Shown here: positions 23,514 through 36,602 of the stretch, piece by piece
How positions within the stretch are numbered: position 1 is the stretch's first letter
Layout of the letters: every line of letters begins with the position of its first letter
Assembly: GCA_038087875.1 (NCBI GenBank)
Contig: CM075993.1
Coordinates: 10,294,001 to 10,358,000 of the forward strand
Direction of reading: 5' to 3'
Length of the DNA: 64,000 nucleotides
Source of the DNA: Malacoraja senta
Taxonomy: Eukaryota
Program-made: the position numbers and the translations under genes
Notes under the pieces: model-generated
Databases searched by the model: none
Seen by the model: only the letters and a program-made list of their open reading frames with translations
What the model was told of the DNA's origin: nothing

Positions 23514-23736
23514 TGGCGCAGCGGTAGAGTTGCTGCCTTACAGCGGCGGAGACCCGGGTTCGATCCCGACTATGGGTGCTGTCCGTATGGAGTTTGTACA
23601 TTCTCCCTGTGACCGCATGGGTTTTCTCAGGCACGGGTTATTGATTGGGGACGATCAGCCATGATCACAATGAATGGCGGTGCTGGCTCGAAGGGCCGAA
23701 TGGCCTCCTCCTGCACCTATTTTCTATGTTTCTATG
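23514..23736 (+). mobile_element. tRNA-derived SINE head fused to a CR1 3' tail
   Basis: A box TGGCGCAGCGG, B box GTTCGATCC, core GGAGTTTGTACATTCTCCC. 23630-23736 is near-identical to the CR1 end at 51187-51292. Confidence 0.75.
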
Positions 23737-24190
23737 TAATGTAGTTTAAAACAGCAGCTGTACAAATCGTCTAGAGTTTGTTAGGCTTTTGTGTGTGTCT
23801 ACGGGGCAAGATGGCGTCCTTAGGATACATAGGCCGGCTATGGACTTTCAACAAGAACTGTGAAACGTTTACCTCGTACTGTGAACGAATGGAAATGTTT
23901 TTAATTGCAAATTACATTATTGAAGCTGAAGAACAGTCAGAGAGTAATGAACTTGGACTGTTTGGCATCTCTACTACGAATGGCGGGTCTGGAAAGGAAG
24001 ACTTTCAGACAAGGGTCAAAGTGAACAATCAATACTTTACTATGTTTATTGATACCACTGATGATTGCACAATTATAAGCAAAGACACCTATGAATCCAA
24101 GTTTAGCAATATGCCTTTCACAGAAACAAACGTTCAGCTGAAAACGTACTCTGGAGAAGTGTTGGAGACATGTGGAGAGATAGTTTGTGA

Positions 24191-24863
24191 CTAGATTAAG
24201 TGGGACCCATTGGGTCCCTGTCACACAGGAGGCTTGGTCCCCCAACGCAATATTCCACCACACACCCATAGCCCCAACTGCACAGGCGCAGCTCATTTCC
24301 CCTAGCACTCTCTCCCCCCTCTTCACCTTCCCTCTTCTTTCCCCTCCCCAATCCCTCCCTCACCTCTCTCTCCCTCCTTTCCCCTACCCTCAGTCAACCC
24401 CTCCCTCCATAACTCCTCTCCCTTCCCTATCCTCCTCATATCCATCTATCCCCCACCTTCCCCACTCCTATCCCCCCTACTATCCCACCTCGCCTCCCCC
24501 ACTGGCCTCCTCTCCCTCTATTCCCCACTCCCTACCTCTCCCACTCCTCTCCACTCTCCTAAACTCCTCCCTCTTCTTTTCCCTCTCCTACCCTCCCCCA
24601 CCTCTCCTTTCCCTACCCTCAGTCACTCCCTCCATAACTCCTCTCCCTTCCCTACTCCACTCCTCTCCCTCTAGCCCCTTTCCTTCCCCACACTCCCTCC
24701 TCACCTGCCCAGGATCTCGAGGTTGCCGCTCCTCTCCCTTCTTATGTGCCCCGGAGGAGCATCAGCCGTCGGCGCCTTAGAGCTATCGCATACCGTATTT
24801 GCGCGAATAGAAAAACCATGCAAACTGGAAGAGCACAATATCAGAGTTTTAGTTATGTATAGA
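24191..24863 (-). mobile_element. Non-autonomous Helitron inserted in the Gypsy protease
   Basis: Minus strand A|TC...GGGACCCAATGGGTCCC-ACTTAAT-CTAG|T with no TSD. Removing it restores TGT GAT GTA CAA (CDVQ). Confidence 0.85.
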
Positions 24864-25210
24864 TGTACAACACAAATGCAAGACTCTGAAGTTGCCAATA
24901 GTTGTTGCAAGTTATGTTAATAGGCCAACGGTGATGGGCAAAAATTGGCTCCGCTTACTGAAACTGGACTGGAAATCTGTATTTCAAGTCGAAGCGCAAA
25001 CACAACTGGATCAGTTGTTGCAGAAACATCATGCTATGTTCAATGACAGCTACGATGGCATAAAGGGTGAGCAAGCACACATCAGGATTTGACCCAATGT
25101 GGAACCTGTCTACTGTAGACCGCGAAAAGTAAAGTGGAAGCTGAAATCAAAAAGTTGGAACAAAACGGTGTACTGGTTAAAACAGATCACAGTGATTAGG
25201 CTACTCCAAT

Positions 25211-26238
25211 TAGCTCACAAAATTTTGAGATTTTAAAAATCAAGTCTATTTATCCCATCAGATAAAGCATAAAAAGACGTTTAATTTGACACCTAATTCA
25301 CTTTCATATCTTCAGTATTAAAAACGTTATGGCCATTTTCATACTCGGAAATTAGCATCTTGTTCCCTATTGCTTTTCCATTGACAACACAAAAGCTGTG
25401 ATCGAGGACAGTCAAAAGCCCATAGCTTTCTTAAAAATTAAGAGAACTGAAAGAAATTTTCAGTTATTATAGATTGAAGCATTCTGAAACAAATATGAAA
25501 CAATCTTACTTAGATGACATGAAATTAAAGCATATAATTAGTTAACCTAATTGTAGCTAATTACAAAATTCAATTACTAGATCTAAACATCTATCAATTT
25601 CTTAAGAATAGATTAACATTTTTAAATAGCCTAAGTGTCCAAATAACATTCACACAAGAATTCACAATATAACATAATTTTTAAATCTCATTGTCATGGA
25701 TTTATAGGCCAAATGGAAGGAATTTAATGTTTAATACCTGTAAATTAATGGGCATTTAAATCATCTTGCGAGTGGGTTTTTCTGTAACGCGATCATTTGG
25801 AAGTCAATTTGCGGTGAATTTAAACCCGTATCGGCATGAAAAATACTGCCGTTAGTTCGGGGAAAAGAATCATCGTTTCGCATTTTTAAATGTGAATTAA
25901 AGGCCTCTTAAGAAGCACTTTTATACATAAAATAAACGGCTTTCGTTTACCTGTCCCGTGCGTGAAATCTGTCCCCATTGTTGGCGTTGACGGCTTTCAA
26001 AGCTGATTTTAAAATAACTCCAGCGCTGAACTTGTCGGGCGAATAAAAATAAAAAATACACAAAACGCCCGTCGGAACGATTCTTCAGCAAAAGCTTGCA
26101 CTCCAACGAAATATAATTCAGGACAAGGTAGGAGAAACCTGCGTTTTAACCCCGCCCCCCCCTCAAAGACGCCAAAATCGCGCACACGGCCAGTGGCAGA
26201 ATTGCAGTGCCGCTGAAGGTAAGTATTGTAACATACCT
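25211..26238. mobile_element. About 1.03-kb non-coding insertion in Gypsy RT with direct-repeat TSD and no TIR (Zisupton-like?)
   Basis: (CT)ACTCCAAT at 25201-25210 and 26237-26246. Removing it restores SD*ATPIVVVLKAD. Confidence 0.75.
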
Positions 26239-28735
26239 ACTCCAATAGTAGTGGTTCTGAAAGCGGACAACACAGTGAGATTGTGTGGAGACTATAAAGT
26301 GACCATTAACCAGGCAGTGGATGATGAACAGTATCCACTCCCAACCTCACAAGATTTATACGCTGAACTTGCTGGTTCCAAGGTATTTTCCAAACCAGAT
26401 CTGTCACATGCTCAGCTAAATGTTGATCGTAAGAGGCAGCAGTATCACTCGATAAACACACACTTGGGGTTGTATTTCCACACAAAATTACCCTATGATG
26501 TGAAGTCAGCACTAAAAATCTTCCAAGCTACCATGGACAAGATTCTGCAAGGAACATCACATTGTTTGAGCAATCAAGATGACTTGCTGATTGCAACTGT
26601 TACCGAGGAGGAGAATCTGGAGGTACTCAGTGAAGAGTTGAAATGGCTTGATCACTATATAAAGTTAAAAAGAAGCAAATGTGCATTCTTACAGACCGAA
26701 GTAGTGTATCTTGGTTTGAAAGTGGATCTACTTGGACTACAACCAGTGAAGGAAAAGTTTGAAGCTATAGCAAACGCACCAACACCACAGAATGTGTCTC
26801 AACTCCGCTCCTTCCTGGGTATGGTATAGTATTACTCACGCTTCTTACCCGAGTTAGCAACAAAGCTAGCTCCTCTTCACGAGTTGTTGAAAAAGGCTAA
26901 AACATTGGAATGGTCCAAAGAACAACAAAATGCTTATGATGCATGTAAAAAGAGCTTGACCAGTGATGCATTACTTGTTTACTACGATACAAATCGCAAG
27001 TTAAAGATAGCTTATGATGCGTCTAGTTGTGGGGTAGGAGCTGTGATTTCACATGTAATGGAACATGGACAAGAAAAGCCTATAGCATTTGCATCAAGCA
27101 CACTTACCAAGAGTGAGCATAATTATGCACGAATCGAGAAAGAAGCCCTTGGTATCATCTTTGGGATCAAGAAATTCCATCAGTATCTGTTGGGTAGGAA
27201 ATTCACCCTGTTTACTGACAATAAGCCACTTCTCGCTGTTCTTGGTCCTCGGTCAGCAATACCTACAATGGTAGCCTCGAGGATGCAGCGCTGGCAGTTC
27301 TCCTGTCACAGTACGACTACAGCATTGAATACCGCAGCTCAAAAGAAAATGCTAACGCTGAATCATTGTCGTGTTTGCCTCATGAAGAATCAGATGTGGG
27401 CACTGAAGGTGCTATTTACGTCACAGAATCAGTGGACAATGACTTTCCAGTCACAGCAGCTGAAATTGCTGCTGAAACTCAAAAGGACAGTCCCAAAACA
27501 AGTATATGAACAAGCTTTGTGTGGACGGTCAGAAATAAAACCATGTACTGATGAACTAAAATCATCACAATAGATGACATGAACTGTCATGTGAACAAGG
27601 GTGTATTAAATGGGGTCACAGAGTAGTAATACCCAACTGTTTAAGACAAAGATTACTTAAAGAACTCCATATTGAACACACAGGTATTGGGGGAATGAAG
27701 TCAACAGCCAGAGATTGCATGTATTGGCCAGGATTGGACAATGACATAGAAGCAATGGCAAGCAAATATACCCGTCAGAGTTGTAGAAGTAGGCCTACCC
27801 AAACCCCTTTGCAAACATGGTCTTGGCCTACTAGATCTTTTTGTAAACACGGGAATAATAATGTTCTTGTTTTGGTAGATTGCCACTCAAAGTGGATTGT
27901 TGTGGTACATATGGGTACAAACACAACAGAAGGAACAATAGACACATTGCGGTCTATCTTTGCGTATCGTGGATTGCCTGAAGAGCTTGTCTCTGACAAT
28001 GGTCCCCAATTTTGTGCTGCACTGTTCCAAACTTTCATGAAGCTAAATGTTATCAAACATACCTTAGTGCCAACTTACCATCCAGTATCTAACGGCGCAA
28101 CCAGGATAGTCGAAGGACCTCTCAAAAAACAAGTTCTTGAAGGGAATTCAAAATTCAGTATGTCACAGCGGCTAGCTAGTTACTTACTGAAATATTGTAC
28201 CATGCCACAATGTACCACAGGGTTTACGCCAGCTGAACTTCTCATGAAAAGAAGGCTCAGAACTGGACTGAGTATGGTTCTACCTAACCTATCTCCTAAG
28301 GTTGAATGCAATCTGATCAGAAACGTCATTATGGTGGAAGTCAAAAAGAACGTAGGTTCAATACACATGATGAAGTTCGTGTTCTTAGCCCCCCTTACAA
28401 AGCAAAGGAGGTGGGAACAGTAGTTGAAGTGTGTTCTACCAAGAGGTACTTGGTAGAAATTAGAGGATGTGTTCGAAGTGTGCACATAAACCATATGATT
28501 CCAGCAAGGGGTGAACAAGATCAAAGCATAGACGAAGAAGCAGATCTTTGGTATTATTCCACGTTCAGGTGTAAACTCCAAAGAAAGTAGAGACAAAGAT
28601 AAATGATCCAGAACCACAACCTGACATTCCCCCTAAACCACTCAGATCAGAATGCGTAAATCTGTCGAGATTAAATTTATAAAATTATTCTTGCTTGTCT
28701 AATTTACGTTATTTTACTCTCTAAGGGGAGAGAAG

Positions 28736-28927
28736 TGTAGTGTATATAATGGTAACTGAATACCAGAATGGTATTATTTGTGTCATGTGATATATTCTGT
28801 ATCTTATCAGTCTCCTGAATATGTGTGTGTGCTGTGTACTTTTGTAATATAAAGACGACCCACACTGGAAACAGCGTGTACTGAAAACCTGTGCTTGTTT
28901 CTATCTACATAGCCGTAATATCTTACA
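28736..28927 (+). repeat. Gypsy 3' LTR (TGT...ACA) preceded by a polypurine tract at 28723-28735
   Basis: AAGGGGAGAGAAG|TGTAGTG...CTTACA|ACCTA. The first 17 nt match 23500-23516 at 13 of 17 positions. Confidence 0.8.
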
Positions 28928-28994
28928 ACCTATAAAAGGAATCAGCAAGAAGGGCGTCCCTGTCCCGCTGAATTACTCCAGCATTGTTTCAGAC

Positions 28995-29730
28995 AGTGAC
29001 GGCTCCCGCCTCAAGACCGCGCATGCTCTCTCCCGCCTCCTGCCGGCGGGAACACCCAGCGCGCATGCGCTCTTCCGCCTCCATCTCGACTGCCGGCACT
29101 AACACTCTCCGCGCATGCGTTCACCCGTCTCCTTCACCTACTGCCGGTTCTCACACTCCGTCGCGCATGCGCCCCTTCACCTCCTCCCAGAGGGAACACG
29201 CGTCCACGCATGCGCCCTCCCGTCTCCCTCACCCACCTGTCGGCCGGCGCGTACGCCCCCGCCGCGCATGCGCTCTCTGAGCCCAACGGCCGCCCCAGCG
29301 CGAGCGCCGGGTTGAAGTCCAACGGGCCAACCGTCGGGCTGCCGCGCAGGCGCACAGCGGGCCCGGGTCAGCAGGAGGCGGGCTGAGCCGCGCACTTCCT
29401 TCCGGTTGTCCTGTGGCAGGGCCCGGATGTGGAATTAGTAAATACGGTGGTTTAACCCGTGCGTTGCTGGTGAGGCGAGGCCAGGCCGGACCGGACCACA
29501 CCAGACAAGACAAGGCGGGGTAGATTGCGGCTGTGGGCAAGTCGGAGGGCTGTAAGTATTTACTGCCGGCAGAATAGCACCTCTCCCCCTGGATGACACC
29601 CGTAAACCCGAGGTACGGTAGCCGCGGCCGACAGCAGCGTTGTCGTCTCTCGCTCTATTTCCCCCCCCAAGTGTCGAGATGCGCTGGAAGCCGGGGGTGG
29701 TTGTCACCGGCTCTGGAGCCGGCAGCGATT
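28995..29730. promoter_or_regulatory. CpG-island promoter, probably of HERC1 and possibly bidirectional; contains putative non-coding exon 1
   Basis: Non-repeat CpG-dense region with at least 7 NRF1-type motifs (GCGCATGCGC and variants) and ETS motifs CTTCCTTCCGG (about 29395) and CCGGATGT (about 29423). Candidate donors CTG|GTGAGG (29470) and GCT|GTAAGT (29552). Confidence 0.7.
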
Positions 29731-32499
29731 GTCCATTGTAACATGCCACTTAGCTTCTGTATTATACTCAATTTTACAATAACAACGACACAGACCACGA
29801 TTGGCAATTAAAAGACAATGATCACTGGAGATATTTCTGCCAAATTTAATTCAAATTTCTCTTTGCCCCTTTGTAAAAGCTGCGGGGGTGGGGGCAACAA
29901 TATAAAATGGTTTGAAAGGGTACGCCGACGTGGCCTAAGAGGAGTATGATAGTTTTATGTTTTATTTGGATTATTAACATCTTGCGTGAAAATTGCGTAT
30001 TAATTCTTAGCTAATGAATTATTGCAATCATACCTGCTTTCAGTTTTCAACATGAGAGCTATTTTAGAGCATAATGTTAGCATGTATATTTAGCTTTTGG
30101 CCACCACCCTCGTTGAATACGAATGTTGTGTCAAACGCTGTGGTGGCTGCTTAAAAGCATTTTGGCTTGGATATTTTGCAAAATAGATCGCATCAAAGCA
30201 TGCAAAATGCAAAGCAATAATGGTCAAATAATTCCGATTGCTTTTACTAGTTTTTGCATGACATTGCAAGATTACGCTTGTGTGACTGCCAATAAATATC
30301 TGGGTCGCGACAGTAAATTAATCCTGCAACCCCAGCAGAGTGCTCACATATTTCTATACATTTGTACAGCAAATTAATCTTGATGGACGCCATTCACTTA
30401 TCTGCAACTTTCATTCTGCAAAATTGCGTTTGCTGTAATTTGCATTTGGATGATGGGTATTGTATTGTAATTATTAAATGCATAAGATTAGAATTGTGTA
30501 CGTTAAAGAACGTTTTTTGCTACAATACAATATATCTTACTCGTTGAAGTTTGCAGCAGAGGAGGCCTTTGTTTCTGTTTCTATTCAGGTTCTTTGCCTG
30601 TGACGTTATCAAATTCGATGCTAGTTTTGTTGAAGCATAGCTCTTATTTTCGAAATCTGCGCGATTATCAGTGCAATTGATTGATTTGCAATTTTGGGAT
30701 CGTTTTTCAGCTTTGCAATTTCACATGAAAGATTATAAATAACTTTGAAACAATAAGCTCAGGAGATACGATAAAAAGGAAAAGTTATTTGACTTTTGTC
30801 AAATATGTCATAAGACTAAACAGCAATATTAACGATTGGAAGCCCTGGAGCATAATTAGTTACCATCAAATCAAAATCCAGAAGTTTATAGTTTATTAGA
30901 TTTTTGAATTAAATATGTGAAGGGATGGTAGACATTAAAAACCCCTTTTTATATTTTGTAGATGACTAAATTTGGTTTTCTGTGTAAAAAGGAATAGCTT
31001 TTGAGCTGCTTTTTGCAGTTATTCAAAGAGGTGGCAGTATTGACATGTGATGCATTATTAATACATTATTTTGCCATATGTCAAAATTTTATCTTAACAT
31101 ATATAAATTTGATGTTTGTGATTGTGTTCATATTGATCTGCTTAATTGATATATTTGGCATAAACTTCACTTTTGCTGCTTATGAAATCCCTAATGTGCC
31201 ATTTTCTTGTCAACATGTTTGCATTACTTACCCAAGAAGCTTTTCTCCACCATGGGTATTTTAAAGATTCTTGGTTGGCATGAAATTCATGTTTTAGGAT
31301 TTCTTATGTTTTTGGGGACTAGAATCGAAAATAGTGGTATGGCTAAACCAAAGAGTCATCAAAGTACAATATGTTTTTAAAGAGTCATCAAGTACATTGT
31401 GTGTTATTAGTGCTGGTAAAAGGTGTTCTTATGATAATAAATTGAGCAAAAATAAGTTGAAATTATTTCAGAACAGTGGTTAGTTGTGTATTCACTGCAT
31501 TTTAAAATCCCCAGCTGACTGCAATTTTTTAAGCTTTCTTGTAGTTTTCTTTCTAGGGGCTATATAGTGTTGAATGACCACTTTTCAAATGTGGTATTTT
31601 TATCCTGCATGGCCCTCGCAAAACAAAATTATTTTTTCTCGTGTTAGAAAGTGAAAGTAAGAAATAATGACATTATTTCGACCATTTTCTGTGGGCGTGA
31701 CCTTCGTTTAACAGGGTGCTTTTCTTTGGCAGAAGTCCATCCTTCCAAATTTAGATTTTTGTTTATTTGTCATTGTAATTGGATTAAAGCTGTACTGGAT
31801 ATCTTGTGGAGAGTGGGAAGAAGAAAAAGTTAATATTTTAACTTGTAATAACAAAAGATTTGTAGATGCTGGTTTATTCCAAAGGTAAACACAAAATGCT
31901 GGAATAACAGTCAGGCAACATCTCTGGATAAAATGGATAGCTGGCGTTTTTGAAGATGGGTCCCAACCCAAGATGTCACCAGTCCATTTTCTCCAGAGAT
32001 CCTGCCTGACTGGCTGAGTTACTCCATGTCTATTTTTATTATTTGATGATGACCTTTCAAGTAAATATGGAATAGAGTTGTTTGAAATCCAGAATTTTTA
32101 GGTATTGATTTGTCAAAATAAAGATGCAGAAAAATAATTGTTCATAGTATCTAATTTTATTTCCTTTCTTAAATTAATGTAATGATTTAAAACATATTTA
32201 AGGACTGCAGTTGATGAATTCGAAAAGTAAAATTTCCATTCCCCATACGTATAAAATGTAAAACATCTTTGATTTTCCAGCTAGCACGGATTACTTATTT
32301 TGTTATGTTAATTATATTGGCTTATTGCTTTGTTTTGCCACCTTCGAAGCTTGAATCCGTGAGATGCTTTCTTTTGGAAAATACTTCTAATTATATCACT
32401 GTGTTTTGTGCATTGGGTCCCTATGAGGGAAGAGGGCAGGTCTGTTGGCTTTCTTGTTTTCATTTCTAATGGTGCAATGCATACGGGTAAAGCTGTTTC

Positions 32500-33730
32500 T
32501 CAATTTAGTGTAACAACACATTTGATATTCAAGGAGTTTATCTAGGATAGAAAGACAACCAGCACCAGCTGGTAGGAGAACTTTGAATAACTTGAAGGTA
32601 CACAAAAATGCTGGAGAAACTCAGCGGGTGCAGCAGCATCTATGGAGCGAAGGAAATAGGCAACGTTTCGGGTCAAAACCCTTCTTCAGTCCTGACTTTG
32701 ACATAAGACTCCTTGACTCCACCATGGAGCACACTAGCTGGTTAGTCTTGCCATCATTCCAGATCAACAAGAAGTTGAAAAGACCATATGGCGTGAGGTT
32801 ACCGTATTCCTGCTGAAGTTCGAACACTTGATGGCGAAAAGCTCCAGACATAAATTCACAACTTCATCAGACTGAAGAAGGGTCTCGACCCGCAACGTCA
32901 CTCATTCCTTTTCTCCAGAGATGCTGCCTGTCCCGCTGAGTTACTCCAGCATTTTGTGTCTACCCCCAATTCATAACTTCAACTCTATATCTGAGAAGAG
33001 AAGGATATGCCACAGGACAGTGTTGTAATTCTGACAATCTTCAAGTCAGAATGCAACTCTAACTGCAGTAACAACAGAGGGATCTTTCTTGTGTTTGCAA
33101 CAGGAAAAGTAATTGTAAGAATTCTCCTCAACATATTCCTCTTCGTGGCTGAGATTTTCTTCATCTAGAGGCACAATGAATGTAATCATTTCCATGTGAT
33201 ATCTCCAGAGAAAGTGTAGGGGACTGCACCAGCCACTATATGTCATCCAAAAGCCTTTCATTTCATTAATCAAGTGGGATGGCAGACTATCGTTACCAAA
33301 TTTGGTTGTAGTCAAAAATTTGTTTCCAAGTTATGTCACCAACAGGTCCACAATACGCTCAGTCTCAGCACAGGCTGATGTTGAGCCCCAACACTTTTCC
33401 CATTCATTCTGGATGAATCCTGAGCCTAATCTTTAAATAACCTTCACACTGGAGTAGAGTTCATCTACAACACAAATGGAAAACTGGTCACCCGTTGACC
33501 CTACTTTTGGTCATTGAACTACAGATTGTGCGTGCCCACATTTTTACATTGAATGCCAAGTCATCATCATCGTTAACTAAAGCAGAGTATACAATGACCC
33601 TGACACTAAACATCCACAATACAAATGTCCTTTACCAACCTGTCCTTGCTATCCCAACACTAACTCCTCATCTTCTTCAGTGCACCAACACAGCCATCTG
33701 AGGAAAGAGCATTTGAAGTTCAAGGCCTCA
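32500..33730 (+). mobile_element. Old RTE-clade LINE RT fragment with two Penelope-derived mini-elements inserted
   Basis: Decayed PDFDIRLLDS..RIPAE..IHN..MPQD.V.ILTIFK..CSNNRGI..GKVIVRILLN. Boundaries approximate. Confidence 0.6.
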
Positions 33731-33894
33731 AACCTGGTTTAAGTGACTAAGATCTCTGTACAGTCAAACCAAGTGACTAGGATCTCTGTGCAGTCAAGAG
33801 TCAAGTAATTAATTGTAGTATGTACTGGCAAAGGAACATTGAAATTCTTACTTTGTGCAGCTTTACAGACTTTTCTATAGCCTGTAAAGTATAT

Positions 33895-34460
33895 GTAGAG
33901 TGTTGGAGGCAGATCGAACAAATGACCAAATGGTGCCAGAACAACAACCTTGATCTCAACGTCAGTAAAACCAAGGAACTGATTGTGGACTTTGGAAGAG
34001 GAAAGACAAAGATCCATAAACCTGTCTACATCGAGGGGGTGGAGAGAGTCAAAAGCATATTCCTGGGCGTGCACATCTCTGAAGATCTGTCTTGGACTCA
34101 CATTGATGCCATCACAAAGTAAGCCCATCAACACCTCTACTTCCTTAGAAGATTGAGGCAGTTCAGTATGTCAATGAATATTCTCTTGAACTTCTAGAGA
34201 TGGACAGTAGCGAGCATATTGACTGGTTGCATCATGGCCTGGTTTGACAATTGGAACCGCCCAGGAAGAAGAGGCTTGCAAAAAGTGGTGTACACTGCCC
34301 ATTTCATCATGGATACTGACCTTCCCATCATCGAAGGGATCTACAGGAGTCGCTGCGTCAAAAAGGCAGGCAGCATCGCCAGAGACCCACACCACCCTGG
34401 TCGCTCTCTTATTTCGCTCCTGCCATTGAGAAAAAGCTATAGGAGCCTGAAAACTAACGT
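33895..34460 (+). mobile_element. Rex1/Babar LINE fragment
   Basis: [63 protein letters not shown]. Confidence 0.85.
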
Positions 34461-34589
34461 CCAAATACACGCAATGACTTGGGGGCATTGATTTTGTCTG
34501 CATATATATATAGCAAAGACAAAAACAATACATATTATTTCAATGTAGCATCAGTTCAGAGTGCATTCTCTTACGATGCATCGTGCATA

Positions 34590-35330
34590 TGTCATAGGAA
34601 CAGAATTAGGCCATCCAGCCGATCAAGTCTACTCTGCCATTCAATCAAGTCTGATCTATCTTTCCCTCTCAACTCCATTCTACTACCTACTCCCCATAAC
34701 CTTTGACACCCTTACTAAGCAAGAACCTGTCCATCTCTGCTTAAACAATCCAATGACCTGGCCTCCACAGTCGTCTGTGGCAATGAATTCCACATATTCG
34801 TCATCCTCTGACTAAAGAAATTCCTCCTCATCTCCTTTCTAAAGGTATATCCTTTTATTCTGAGGCCATGCCGTGTGGTCCTAGCTTCTCCCACTAGTGG
34901 AAACATCCCCACATCCACTCTATCCAGGCCTTTCACTATTCAGTAAATTTCAATGAGGTCCTCCCTCATCCTTCTAAACTCCAGCGAGTACAGACCCAGA
35001 GCTGTCAAACGCTAATCATATGTTAATCAAATCATCCCTGGCATCCCCGTAAACCTCTCCAATGCCAACGCATCCCTCCTCAGATATGCGGCCCAAAACT
35101 GTTCACAATTCTCCAAATGTAGTCTAACCAGCCTCAGCATTACACCCCTGTTTTTCTATTCTAGTCTTATCAAAATAAATACTAACATTGCATTTGCCTT
35201 CCTTACTACCGATCCAAGTTGCAAATTAACCTTTTGGGAATCCTGCACCAGCGTTCCCGAATCCCTTTGCAACTCTGATTTCTGAATCCTCTCCCCACTT
35301 AGAAAATAGTCTGTCTTTATTCCTAGTACC
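34590..35330 (-). mobile_element. CR1 LINE 3' portion
   Basis: ORFs 34715..34936 (MKGLDRVD..MFPLVGE..RNFFSQR..WNSLP) and 35156..35419. Confidence 0.8.
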
Positions 35331-36602
35331 AACATGCACGTCCACACACTTTGCTGTGCTGTATTCCTTCTGCATAGTTCATGTTTTCTCCTGAAACAAA
35401 ACATCTGTGATGCATACAAGAGGCTTTTTCACAAGGCCCGGATCCTCACTGTCCAGTGACCAGCCCTCAGTTGGTCCTTCCCCACTGTTTTTGAGGTGAC
35501 TGCATTGAGCTTCGTGACTCCAGCATGTACTCCTGCACGTCACAATGTGCCATTTGGCAACATCTACTTACAGGCCTCGTCGAGCCTTGGAAGGCCAACA
35601 AGTTTCAGGCTGAACAAAGTGTATCTTTCACTAAGCTTGCCTCTGTTTGGGTCTGTCGGTGACAGTCCTATGTTATGCCCAGGGTGAACCTCTATATCTG
35701 TATTTCTTTCCAGACCTTACTGATAAATGCACAATTTATATTGAGGTGTGCAACTCATCTGCACTGAAGCTACCTTGGGAGCAGAATGAATACGGCTCTG
35801 ACAGGGAGGGCAATACATATTGCATTGTTACTTTGATAAATTACAAAGTATTACTTTTTAAATACATTTGCTAGCAGTTGTACATTGCAAATTAATCACT
35901 TTTGAGACAAATATGCATATGTTAAATAGGCTTTGCAATTTACATGCATTTTGAATGTAGGCGACATCTTCCATCTGCTATTACTACTCTTTGATAATCA
36001 GTCTTCTAAGTTCCTTGGAAGGTTTAGCTGCTCTATTACCTGACGCCAGGCAGCATTTTTAGTTTTTGGCATGTCTGTATTCTTAGCTTTGTACCCTCCT
36101 TGCATTCAATTTGCTCTGAAAAATCAGTAAAGGTTTTCCTCAGCATTTAACCCAGTTGAAATCAGTGATTGATCCAAACTCAGACTTTTTGTTTTCTTTG
36201 GAATTGCATATATGTGGTTGATTTATTTGTCACAGTAGATCTGTATACAGTGTTTTGGAAGCGTAGTTGTATGTCACTGGATTAGCAATCTATGGATTGA
36301 ACTATGGATGTGATACAAAGTGTTTAAATCTTATTGTAGCAGTTGGGAAATTTATATTTGGTTGGTGAAATCTGCAATGCCAAGTGTTGACTGAAACTAC
36401 CAGATTGTTGTTAAAATTCTATTTGGATCACCTTCCTTGCTTGATTTGGCCTGTGTTATGTTAGACTTATTATTAATTCAATCAATTTATGGGCTGCTGC
36501 AGGTCTGTATTTATAGAATTATTACAAAAATAGGGTGCAAAGGTACTTAAAAAAACAAAAAACTGAGGTCAGGTAAGGGGGGATGAAAGTTGGAGAGTTG
36601 GT

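Larger units (their letters stand above)
23500..28927 (+). mobile_element. Ty3/Gypsy LTR retrotransposon, decayed; 5' LTR and gag largely deleted; 5-bp TSD ACCTA
   Basis: gag start (MASLGYIG..YCERMEMFLIAN), protease (IDTTDDCTIIS), RT (ATPIVVV..RLCGDYK), RNase H (YDASSCGVGAVISH, IEKEALGIIFG) and integrase (PEELVSDNGPQF). ACCTA at 23495-23499 and 28928-28932. Confidence 0.9.

Noticed and set aside
23514..23585. tRNA gene
   Set aside because: A and B boxes run straight into a SINE core and CR1 tail; no complete cloverleaf or T-run terminator.
24187..24780. 197-aa Pro/Ser-rich ORF
   Set aside because: C/T-rich low-complexity Helitron interior; not coding.
1..28990. Exons of DAPK2, the gene upstream of HERC1 in human as I recall
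   Set aside because: No kinase-like or DAPK2-like exon seen on either strand.
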